Positions 8,817 to 16,707 of a stretch of 64,000 nucleotides of DNA are shown here, piece after piece; position 1 is the stretch's first letter; each line of letters opens with the position of its first letter. The DNA is taken from the NCBI GenBank assembly GCA_964416095.1, contig CAYQCY010000003.1:27877-91876 (forward strand), written 5' to 3'. Position numbers and translations under genes: made by a program. This stretch comes from an uncultured Gemmatimonadaceae bacterium. GTDB lineage: Bacteria; Gemmatimonadota; Gemmatimonadetes; Longimicrobiales; RSA9. The notes beneath the pieces were generated by a model that saw nothing but the letters and a program-made list of their open reading frames with translations, made no database searches and was not told the origin of the DNA.

Positions 8817-10763
8817 TCAGAGGGGGTCGGCGAGGGCTTGTTCGACGCGTTCCCATTCTTCCATGAGGCGGGCGACCTCGGCCTCCTTGCGAGCGCGCTC
8901 CTCGTCCAACTTCGCGACCTGGTCGGGCGCGGCCCGCTGGTAGTAGCCGGGCCGGGAGAAGGTCCGGTCGATCTCGGCGAGCCGGGCCTCGGCGGCCTGG
9001 ATGCGGGCCATGAGCTCTTCGGCCCGGTCCCGGAGCCGTTGGCGCCGCGTCTCCGCGTCGGTGGTCGCGGGCCGGGCCGGGCCATCGTCGTCCCGTCTCC
9101 CTTTTCTGCGGGCCGTCTTCTCGCGCCGCTTCTCCCGCTGCGCCGCCACGACCCGGTCCACATCGAGGTGGTCGTCGCCGCAGGCGTGGATGTACTCGTC
9201 GTAGCTGCCGGGGAAATCGGTGATGCCGGTGGGGGCGATCTCCACGACCCGGGTGGCGAGCTCGCCGACGAACCAGCGGTCGTGTGAGACGAAGACGAGG
9301 GTGCCGTCGTAGGCCCTGAGCCCGTCGACGAGGGCCTCGATGGACTCCAGGTCCAGGTGGTTGGTGGGCTCGTCCAGGACCAGGACGTTGGGCTGCCGGA
9401 GGATGAGGCTGCCGAAGACCAGCCGCGTCGCTTCGCCGCCGGACAGGGTGGCGAGGGGTTTGGCGGCGTCGTCGTCATCGAAGAGCATGAGGCCCATGTG
9501 GGCCCGGACGAAGCGGCGGTCCCGGCCGGGGCAGAAATCCCGGATCCACTCTTCGGCCGACTGATCCGAGGTGGCGAGCCGCTCGTGGTGGTCCTGGACG
9601 AAGTATCCCGGGTGGGTCTCGTGGCCCCATGTCACCTGGCCGGCGTCGGGCTCCAGCTCACCCATGACGATCTCCAGGAGCGTGGACTTGCCGATCCCGT
9701 TGGGCCCGATGATGGCCAGCCGATCCCCGCGCCGGACCCGGAGGTCGACGCCGTGGAGGACCTCGTTGCCGTCGAAGGCCTTCCTCACGCCTTCGAGGGT
9801 GAGCACCTGCTTGCCGCTGGCCCGGCGCTGCTCGAACCGGAAGGTCGGGTAGCGGCGGGAGCTACCGGGCAGCTCCATTAGCTCCTCCGCCTTCTTCTCG
9901 ATGAGGCGGAGCTTGCTCTGGGCCTGGCGCGCCTTCGTGGCCTTGGCCCGGAACCGGTCCACGAACTGCCGGTGGTGGGCGATCTCCTTCTCCCGCTGGG
10001 CGATCTCCTTCTCCCGCCGCTCCCGCTCCGCGCGCTTCGCCTCCTGGAAGTCCGTGTAGTTGCCGTGGTAGAGCAGGACGGTCTCGTAGTCCACGTCCAG
10101 GATCCTGGTGGCCACGTTGTCCAGGAACCGGTGGTCGTGGGAGATGACCACGGCCGGCCCCGCGAAGTCCTGCAGGAAGGTCTCCAGCCAGCGGATGGAC
10201 AGGATGTCCAGGTGGTTGGTGGGCTCGTCCAGGAGCAGGACGTCGGGCGCGCCGGCCAGCACCTGGGCGAGCAGCACCCGCAGGCGGAATCCGCCGGAGA
10301 GGGTGGACAGGCGATCGTGGTGCACCTCTCCCGGTATGCCGAGTCCCTCCAGGATGCGGGCCGCCCGGGCTTCGGCGGCGTAGCCGTCGTGGCGCTGCAC
10401 CGTCTCCTCCAGCTCGGAGAAGCGGTGGGCGTCGAACGCCTCTTCCGGACCGGCCAGCATGGCTTCCTTCGCCTGCATGGCGTCCCACAGGACGGGGTCG
10501 CCCATGAGCGCCACGCCCAGGATCTCCCGGTCCTCGTACAGGAACTGCTCCTGGCGCAGCACGCCGAGGCTCGCCGAGCCCGGGATGGAGACGGTGCCCT
10601 CGGTGGGTGGCAGGTCGCCGGCCAGAATGTTGAGCAGCGTCGTCTTCCCCGAGCCGTTGGCCCCCACCAGCCCGTAGCGCTCCCCGGGGTTGAGCTGGAA
10701 GGAGACGTCGGCGAACAGGGTCCGGTCGCCGTACTGCATCCCCACCTCGGAAACCGAGATCAT
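8817..10763 (-). CDS. ABC-F family ATPase (two ABC domains, coiled-coil C-terminal extension)
   Basis: Two Walker A sites (GANGSGKTT, GPNGIGKST) and two signatures (LSGGFR, LSGGE). No TM domain. The inter-domain linker and Arg/Glu-rich tail are typical of ABC-F translation factors. Confidence 0.9.
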   Translation of the reverse strand: MISVSEVGMQYGDRTLFADVSFQLNPGERYGLVGANGSGKTTLLNILAGDLPPTEGTVSIPGSASLGVLRQEQFLYEDREILGVALMGDPVLWDAMQAKEAMLAGPEEAFDAHRFSELEETVQRHDGYAAEARAARILEGLGIPGEVHHDRLSTLSGGFRLRVLLAQVLAGAPDVLLLDEPTNHLDILSIRWLETFLQDFAGPAVVISHDHRFLDNVATRILDVDYETVLLYHGNYTDFQEAKRAERERREKEIAQREKEIAHHRQFVDRFRAKATKARQAQSKLRLIEKKAEELMELPGSSRRYPTFRFEQRRASGKQVLTLEGVRKAFDGNEVLHGVDLRVRRGDRLAIIGPNGIGKSTLLEIVMGELEPDAGQVTWGHETHPGYFVQDHHERLATSDQSAEEWIRDFCPGRDRRFVRAHMGLMLFDDDDAAKPLATLSGGEATRLVFGSLILRQPNVLVLDEPTNHLDLESIEALVDGLRAYDGTLVFVSHDRWFVGELATRVVEIAPTGITDFPGSYDEYIHACGDDHLDVDRVVAAQREKRREKTARRKGRRDDDGPARPATTDAETRRQRLRDRAEELMARIQAAEARLAEIDRTFSRPGYYQRAAPDQVAKLDEERARKEAEVARLMEEWERVEQALADPL

Positions 10764-10770
10764 TTGAACG

Positions 10771-10831
10771 GCAGGCGGGAGGCGGAAGGCGGGAGGCGGG
10801 AGGCGAAAGGTACGGCGATACGGCGAGGGGA
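10771..10831 (+). repeat. 61-bp direct repeat R2 (partner of R1)
   Basis: Starts 8 nt beyond the ABC-F start codon. Differs from R1 at 4 positions. Confidence 0.9.
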
Positions 10832-10859
10832 CGGCAGGCGCGAGGCGTGGGGCATCTTT

Positions 10860-11747
10860 CTACACTCCCGTGCGGGCGTAGCCGGCGTAGAATCGGCAGC
10901 GGCCGAGGGCGGCGGCGAGGAGGGCCGTGGCGAAGGCGAGGGCGGCGGCGACGGTGAAAGGCCACGGACTCGTCGCGGGCACGACCACCCAGGCCCCTAC
11001 GGCCAGGAAGAAAGCCGCGGCCACGAGCGCGATGCGCCACGTCCCCGCTCGGCCCCATGCACCGACTCCTGCCTCCGGGTTGAGGCCCGGGTCCACCAGC
11101 GCCTCGGCGGCTTGCCAACGTCGCCGCCAGAGCGGCTCGAGGGCCAGCTCGACGGCGAGGCCGGCGGCCCCGAGGAGCATCAGCACGCGGAGCGCCGGGG
11201 CGGCCCAGGCCACCTCCGCCGTCCGTGACCCGGGCGGCGCCGCGAGCACGGCGGCGCCCAGCGCCCCCAGCGACACGGCGGTGATGAAGAACGTCGTCGT
11301 GGTGAGCGGCGTGTTCCAGACGGGCACCGTGCGCAGGCGGTACACCCGGGCCATGCTGTAGACGAGCCCGGCACCGACGAGGAACACGGCCACCGAAAGC
11401 GCCACGAGGGCCGGCGACGAGGGTGGAGCCGCCGCGGCGTGGCGCCAGCGGCCCGGCAGCACGAAGAGCAGCCAGCCGCCGGCGAAGAGCACGGCGAAGA
11501 GGACCTCCCGGCTGAGCCAGGACGAGCGCAGGTTGCCCAGGGCGCGCCAGGCGTTGCGGGGCGTTCCCAGGTGGAGGAAGGAGACGGCGAGGGCCGCGGC
11601 GGCGAGGGGCAGGCCGGCCAGGAGCGGGCCGGCGATCCAGCGGTCCGCGGCCGCCCCCACCACCCACCACACCCCGGCGAGGGCCCAGAAGACACCCACC
11701 GCGAGCTGGGTCAGGAGAGTGAACGCAACCAGCGTGGGTTCCCTCAT
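10860..11747 (-). CDS. dmsC: DmsC-type membrane anchor subunit
   Basis: Polytopic hydrophobic protein starting MREPTLVAFTLLTQLAVGVFW. Its ATG overlaps the dmsB stop (ATGA). The upstream part of track ORF 10860..12320 is a shadow. Confidence 0.75.
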   Translation of the reverse strand: MREPTLVAFTLLTQLAVGVFWALAGVWWVVGAAADRWIAGPLLAGLPLAAAALAVSFLHLGTPRNAWRALGNLRSSWLSREVLFAVLFAGGWLLFVLPGRWRHAAAAPPSSPALVALSVAVFLVGAGLVYSMARVYRLRTVPVWNTPLTTTTFFITAVSLGALGAAVLAAPPGSRTAEVAWAAPALRVLMLLGAAGLAVELALEPLWRRRWQAAEALVDPGLNPEAGVGAWGRAGTWRIALVAAAFFLAVGAWVVVPATSPWPFTVAAALAFATALLAAALGRCRFYAGYARTGV

Positions 11748-12364
11748 CCGGATCGCACCTCCTCCCGGTTCGCCACCCGGGCGCCGTCCCGGGCCCGCGC
11801 CGTGTCCTGGTGCGCCGTCATGGCGAGGGCCGGCCGGGTGAGATCGGCTTCGGGCAGCGGGTAGGCCTCCGGCAGAGGCCCGTGGCGTGCCTCCAGCTCG
11901 TCCCGATCGCCGAAGTCCAGGACGCGCATCGGGCAGGCGGCGACGCAGGCCGGCGCTTCGCCCCGGTCCAGGTCGTCGACGCAGAACGTGCATTTCGTCA
12001 TGCGGCCGGCCGCGGCGTCGTACTGGAGGGCGCCGTAGGGGCACGCCCATTCGCAGTACCGGCAGCCCATGCAGCGGTCGGCATCGATGAGCACGACGCC
12101 GTCCTCCCGCTGGGTGATGGCCCGGGTCGGGCAGACCTGCAGGCAGATGGGATGTTCGCAGTGGTTGCACGCCATGGAGACGTGGTAGGCGAAGACGTCG
12201 TGCATCCAGGCGGCGCCGCGATGCTGCCAGCCCCCGCCGGCCACCTCGTAGACGCGGCGCCAGAGCACACCAGCCGGCAGCCCGTTCCGGTCCTTGCACG
12301 CCACCTGGCACGCCTTGCACCCGGAACAGGCCGAAGCGTCGAAGTAGAAGGCGTAGCGCGTCAT
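11744..12364 (-). CDS. dmsB: 4Fe-4S ferredoxin subunit (DmsB family)
   Basis: MTRYAFYFDASACSGCKACQVACKD..., CNHCEHPICLQVCP, CMGCRYCEWACP and CTFC...CVAACP make four Cys clusters. ATGA overlap with the dmsA stop. Confidence 0.9.
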   Translation of the reverse strand: MTRYAFYFDASACSGCKACQVACKDRNGLPAGVLWRRVYEVAGGGWQHRGAAWMHDVFAYHVSMACNHCEHPICLQVCPTRAITQREDGVVLIDADRCMGCRYCEWACPYGALQYDAAAGRMTKCTFCVDDLDRGEAPACVAACPMRVLDFGDRDELEARHGPLPEAYPLPEADLTRPALAMTAHQDTARARDGARVANREEVRSG

Positions 12365-14694
12365 GCCGGCTCCACCTGGACCATCATGGTGTGCTGGGCG
12401 GTCCCCTTGGCCAGCGGCGTCCAGCGCTCCGACGTGAGGACGTTCACCGAGCCGGCCTCGTCCTCGCCGCCCTCGCCGGGCGTCCACCAGGCGCCCTGGG
12501 GGATGTCCACCACGCCCGGCATGATCCGGTTCGTGACCCGGCACGGCAGCACGGTGGCGCCTCGATGATTGAAGACCCGGACCCGGTCTCCGTCCCGGAT
12601 GGCCCGCTCCCGCGCGTCCAGCTCGTTGATGAAGAGGCGCTGCGGGAAGGCCTCGGCCAGCCAGTCGTTGTTGGCGTGGGTCGAGTGGACCCGGGCCATG
12701 GTGTGGTGGCCCATGGCCTGGAGCGGGTGCGACGCCGCCTCCGGCCCGAAGGGGCTCTCCCACTCCGGGACGTACTTCGGCACGGCCGGGACCTCGTCGG
12801 GCCTGCCCATGTCGTGGAGCTGCTTCGAGAAGATCTCGATCCTGCCAGACGACGTCGGCAGCGGATGCGCCTCCGGGTCCGCCCGGAAGTCGGCGAAGGC
12901 CACCGCCGGCTCCGTCACGGGCCGGGACCAGACGCCGGCGTTGCCGGCCTCGAGCTCGTCCAGCGACGGGATGTCGGGGAACCGCCGCTCGCGGTAGCGC
13001 TCCACGGCCCACGCGATCCAGCCACGCTCGTCCCGTCCCTCGGTGTAGGCTTCGCCGATGCCGAGCCGCTCCGCCACCTCGGCGCAGATGCGGTAGTCGC
13101 TCTTCGTCTCGGCCAGCGGCTCCACCAGCGGCGGCATGAGGATGACCTCGTCGCCGTACTTCCAGCCGTCCTCGAGGCCCCAGGTCTCGAACTGGGTGCA
13201 CGCCGGCAGCACCAGGTCGGCGAAGCGGCCGGTGGGCGTCAGGAAGTTGTCCTGCACCGCGATGAACTCCACCAGCTCCTCGTTCGCCAGGATCCGGGCC
13301 GTGCGGTCGATGTGGGCGTGCTGGTTCAGCAAGGCGTTGCTGGCCACCGCCCAGATCAGCTTGATCTCCGCGTCCAGCCGACGGTCGGGGTCGACATTGC
13401 CGCCGCGGTCCTCGCGCACCGTCCGGCCTTCCGGCACCGCCTCGTCGAAGAGTACGCCGTCCTCGGCGCCCAGCTCCCTGCCCCGCAGCACCGCTTCGGT
13501 CCACAGGAACACCGGGATGCTGGCGCCCACGGGGTTCCGGCCCACGGGGAAGACGTTCCAGAGGGGCCCGCCGTCCGGCGCCTGGAGGGCGAGCCCGCTC
13601 GCCCAGCCACCCGCCACGCCGACGTTGCCCGTGATGGCGGCGAGGACGCACCCGGCCCGCACGACCTGCTCGCCGTAGGCCCGGCGCTGCATCCCGTAGC
13701 CCTGGTAGAGGACGCCGGGCTTCGTGGTGGCGTACTCCCGGGCGATGCGGGCGATGGTCTCCCGGGGCACGCCGGTGATGGCCTCGGCCCATTCCGGCGT
13801 CTTGGGGACCCCGTCGCGCAGCCCGAGGATGTAGTCGCTGTAGCTCTCGGCCTCGGCGCAGCCGGCGGGCATCTGCGAGTCGTCGAACCCCACGCAGTGG
13901 GTGCGGATGAAGGCGTCGTCGTGGAGGTCCTCGGTGAGCATGACGTGGGCCATGGCGCTCATCATGGCCACGTCCGTGCCCGGCCGGATGGGCACCCACT
14001 CGTCCGCCAGCGCCGCGGCGCTCATGGTCATGCGCGGGTCCACGCACACCACACGGGCGCCCTGCTCCCGGGCCAGCTTGACCAGGTAGTCGCTGTTGGT
14101 GCCGTCCCGCATCTCCGCCGGGTTCCAGCCCCACATGAGGATGTACCTGGCGTTCAGCCAGTCCTGCCGCTGGTTCCCGGTCTGGAGCGTGCCGTATACG
14201 GTAGGCGTGGCTACGTTCGTGGCGCCCCACGAGTAGCTGTTCCAGATGCCCAGGCAGCCGCCGTACAGGTTCAGCAGACGACGCGCCGTCTGCGACCCGT
14301 TCGTCTGGTTGTAGCTACCCGTCCCGTAGGGCACGAACAGGGCGCCGTTGCCGTACGTCTCCCGCACCCGCCGGATCTCGCCGGCCAGCAGGTCCAGCGC
14401 CTCGTCCCACGAGATCCGCTCGAACCGGCCCTCACCGCGCGCCGCCACCCGGCGTAGCGGATGCGTCAGCCGGTCCGGGTGGTACTGGCGGCGCAGATAC
14501 GCGCGACCCCGGGCACACGCCCGGAGCTGCGGGTCCGACACCCGGTCCGGGCGGTCGTCCGTCTCCAGCCGCGTGATGATGCCGTCCTCCACGTGGGCGA
14601 TGAGCAGGCACCGCCCGCCGCAGTTGTGCGCCGGACACCCCACCCGCACCCTGCGCGTAGCCGGCCCGATAGAATTCGCCGGAATCGTGCTCAC
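12361..14694 (-). CDS. dmsA: molybdopterin oxidoreductase catalytic subunit (DMSO reductase family, DmsA-like), no Tat signal
   Basis: 777 aa. The FS0 cluster motif CPAHNCGGRC begins at residue 19. GTG start. An in-frame TGA 8 codons upstream rules out a longer N-terminus. Confidence 0.88.
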   Translation of the reverse strand: MSTIPANSIGPATRRVRVGCPAHNCGGRCLLIAHVEDGIITRLETDDRPDRVSDPQLRACARGRAYLRRQYHPDRLTHPLRRVAARGEGRFERISWDEALDLLAGEIRRVRETYGNGALFVPYGTGSYNQTNGSQTARRLLNLYGGCLGIWNSYSWGATNVATPTVYGTLQTGNQRQDWLNARYILMWGWNPAEMRDGTNSDYLVKLAREQGARVVCVDPRMTMSAAALADEWVPIRPGTDVAMMSAMAHVMLTEDLHDDAFIRTHCVGFDDSQMPAGCAEAESYSDYILGLRDGVPKTPEWAEAITGVPRETIARIAREYATTKPGVLYQGYGMQRRAYGEQVVRAGCVLAAITGNVGVAGGWASGLALQAPDGGPLWNVFPVGRNPVGASIPVFLWTEAVLRGRELGAEDGVLFDEAVPEGRTVREDRGGNVDPDRRLDAEIKLIWAVASNALLNQHAHIDRTARILANEELVEFIAVQDNFLTPTGRFADLVLPACTQFETWGLEDGWKYGDEVILMPPLVEPLAETKSDYRICAEVAERLGIGEAYTEGRDERGWIAWAVERYRERRFPDIPSLDELEAGNAGVWSRPVTEPAVAFADFRADPEAHPLPTSSGRIEIFSKQLHDMGRPDEVPAVPKYVPEWESPFGPEAASHPLQAMGHHTMARVHSTHANNDWLAEAFPQRLFINELDARERAIRDGDRVRVFNHRGATVLPCRVTNRIMPGVVDIPQGAWWTPGEGGEDEAGSVNVLTSERWTPLAKGTAQHTMMVQVEPA

Positions 14695-14855
14695 GCGAGC
14701 CTTCCGCCTTTCGCCTCACGCATGTCGTCCCGCATGAAGTTCCGGGCCTGGTAGTTCCGCACCCCGACCCACGCCGTCTCGCCGTCCTTCTCCAGGTCGT
14801 CGATGGAGTAGACGTAGGGCTCGGACTTCATGAGCCAGTAGTTCCGGTCCGCCAA
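14691..14855 (-). pseudogene. EVE-domain gene stump (54 codons; a full domain is about 140-150 aa)
   Basis: Hand translation: GGAGG, 5 nt, then TTG start, giving MADRNYWLMKSEPYVYSIDDLEKDGETAWVGVRNYQARNFMRDDM. It then diverges (REAKGGRLA) and stops in a GTGA overlap with the dmsA start. The N-terminus matches the canonical EVE start YWLMKSEP...W.GVRNYQARNF. Confidence 0.7.
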
Positions 14856-14889
14856 GGCTGCCTCCGTTCACGCCGGTTCGGTCCCGGTG

Positions 14890-14918
14890 ATTCTGCCGGA
14901 ACGGGGCCGTGCTGACAA
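14890..14918 (-). promoter_or_regulatory. candidate promoter for the EVE-stump/dmsABC operon (TTGTCA-17-CAGAAT)
   Basis: The hexamers read on the minus strand at 14918-14913 and 14895-14890. They align with the candidate metH promoter in repeat copy C. Confidence 0.3.
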
Positions 14919-14930
14919 CCGGGAGCGCCC

Positions 14931-15229
14931 GTGGACCTTCCTCATTCTGTTCGGTTGCTCGCATGCAAATCGGTAATTCGGGCCGCCGTCGGGCTCCCGC
15001 TGGCAGCGCTGCGAGGATGGTCCATCGCCGGGCCCTGCGGCAGAGCCACCTTCGCGGTCGGGAAAACGCGGGAACACGGTAGGAGGCGGCTGCGCGGAGG
15101 CCGTCGTCGTGAACGGTTGCGCTTCACGCCGCCGTCCGACAGGAGGCCTCGAGGGTCGGGCTGCGGCGCGTACGTAACGGCAGGCGCGAGCGTCCCGCGT
15201 CTCCGCGCAACGATTCGGCGCTTCCGCGT
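14931..15229 (+). repeat. intergenic repeat family, copy A (core 15018-15229)
   Basis: The core is about 87% identical by hand count to the reverse complement of 26766-26977. The left part (14931-15017) is about 75% similar to 53116-53202. Confidence 0.9.
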
Positions 15230-15287
15230 TGAGATGCGTTTGCACCTTGCCCGCAGCCCGCCTAGGATCCGCCCGCCCCGGACGGGC

Positions 15288-16679
15288 TCAGCCTGCGGCG
15301 CTGCCGCCGTGGCGTCGTCTCACCCACAGGAACACGGGCACACCCAGGGCGATGACGCCGAGGCCGGCCAGGGACGGTCCTGGCGCACGAAGCACGGCCT
15401 GCACGACCATGGTGGCGGCGGCGGCCACGAACAGGGCGGGGACCAGGGGATAGCCCCAGACGCGGAACGGCCGGTGCGCCTCGGGCCGCGTCCGGCGCAG
15501 CACGAAGAGTGTGGCCACGCCGAGCCCGGCGAAGAGCACCACGGCGAAGCCTGTATAGGTGAGCAGCGCCTCGAAGCCACCGGTGAGAACGAGCACGCCG
15601 CTCCACGCCGCCTGGGCCCAGATGCTGAAGCGGGGCACGCCGCCCGGCGGTACGCGTGCGAAGGCGGGCGGCAGGCAGCGGTCCTGGCCCATGGCGTAGT
15701 AGACCCGCGGCCCGGTGAGGACCATGGCGCTCACGCTGCTCGCCAACACGAGCAGGATGAGCGGCGTGAAGAGGCGGACGCCGGCGGCGCCCCAGAGCAC
15801 GCGTGCCACCCGGTCGCCGGTGGCCTCGGCGTCGGCGATCCCGTCGACGCCCAGCACGTGGACGTAGAGCAGGTTCAGCGCCACGTAGAGCGCGATGACG
15901 ACGACGGTCCCGCCCAGTAGCGATCGAGGCAGGGTCCGGCCCGGGTCCCGGACCTCCTCCGCCACGTACGCCGCCGCGTTCCAGCCGCTGTAGGTGAACA
16001 TGACGAGCACCAGGGCGACCAGCGCGCCGCCGAGGTCCGGTACGGACGCGGCCGATGGGGCCGGCGTCGCCGGCGCCGTGCCCGGGTCCGCCAGGAAGCC
16101 CAGCACGATCAGCAACAGGATCGTGCCGATGTTGAGCCAGGCGAGCGCCTGCTGGGCCACGCGCCCGGGACGGAGGCCCCGGTCGTGGACCAGGGAGAAG
16201 ACGACGATGAGGCCGAGGGCCACCAGCGTCCTGGGCGACACGGAGACGGCGAGCTCTCCCGTGAGCGGGAGCCGGAGCAGGGCCTCCGTGGAGCCGGCCC
16301 CGGGCACCAGCCGGTCCAGGTAGATGGCGAAGCCCACGGCGGCGGCCGCGATGGCGCCGGAGAACCCCGCCACCAGCGATGTCCACCCGCTCAGGAACCC
16401 GGCCAGCGGGCCGAAGGCCTCGCGGATGTAGACGTACTCGCCGCCCGCCCGGGGCCGCATGGCGGCCAGCTCGGCGTACGCGAGAGCACCGATGAGGGAG
16501 AGTGCGCCGCCCACCAGCCAGAGGCCGAGGAACGATGCGGTGGAGCCGGCCCGCTGCGCCACGAAGGCCGGTGTGAGGAAGATGCCCGTGCCGATGACGT
16601 TGGTGACGACGACCGCCGCTCCGTCCAGCAACCCGAGCCGCCGTTCCAGCGCCGGCCCCGGCTCCGGTCCTATCGGCAC
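15288..16679 (-). CDS. APC-family amino-acid permease
   Basis: 463 aa with about 12 TM segments. N-terminal motif VVVTNVIGTGIFLTPAFVA and EYVYIREAFGPLAGFLSGW. Confidence 0.88.
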   Translation of the reverse strand: MPIGPEPGPALERRLGLLDGAAVVVTNVIGTGIFLTPAFVAQRAGSTASFLGLWLVGGALSLIGALAYAELAAMRPRAGGEYVYIREAFGPLAGFLSGWTSLVAGFSGAIAAAAVGFAIYLDRLVPGAGSTEALLRLPLTGELAVSVSPRTLVALGLIVVFSLVHDRGLRPGRVAQQALAWLNIGTILLLIVLGFLADPGTAPATPAPSAASVPDLGGALVALVLVMFTYSGWNAAAYVAEEVRDPGRTLPRSLLGGTVVVIALYVALNLLYVHVLGVDGIADAEATGDRVARVLWGAAGVRLFTPLILLVLASSVSAMVLTGPRVYYAMGQDRCLPPAFARVPPGGVPRFSIWAQAAWSGVLVLTGGFEALLTYTGFAVVLFAGLGVATLFVLRRTRPEAHRPFRVWGYPLVPALFVAAAATMVVQAVLRAPGPSLAGLGVIALGVPVFLWVRRRHGGSAAG

Positions 16680-16707
16680 CTGGAACGATCCTCCGGCGAC
16701 GGGCCCG

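Noticed and set aside
8742-10831. The G-rich strand of R1 and R2 as a CsrA/RsmA-sponge sRNA or G-quadruplex regulator.
   Set aside because: This rests purely on motif resemblance (multiple GGA and GGG runs). There is no promoter or terminator evidence for a transcript on that strand, and no csrA in the window. It is mentioned only as a hypothesis under the repeat finding.
14890-14964. A possible conserved upstream micro-ORF in repeat copies A and C: MRKVHGRSRLS... and MGKVHLFPVL...
   Set aside because: Only the first 5 codons agree. Copy A has no convincing SD, the sequences diverge immediately, and copy B uses the equivalent position as the RBS of a real gene. Most likely coincidental.
14868-15245. 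ORF-track proteins covering the intergenic repeat, which look 'conserved' between loci. Examples: ...RNRSRRRxPRSRL...PTAKVALPxGP and MDLPH...
   Set aside because: Their similarity simply mirrors DNA identity. 1-nt indels between copies A and B shift the frame (DAEALNRCADTRDARRLPL... versus NAEAPNRCAETRDARACRYV...), so no frame is preserved. The element is non-coding.
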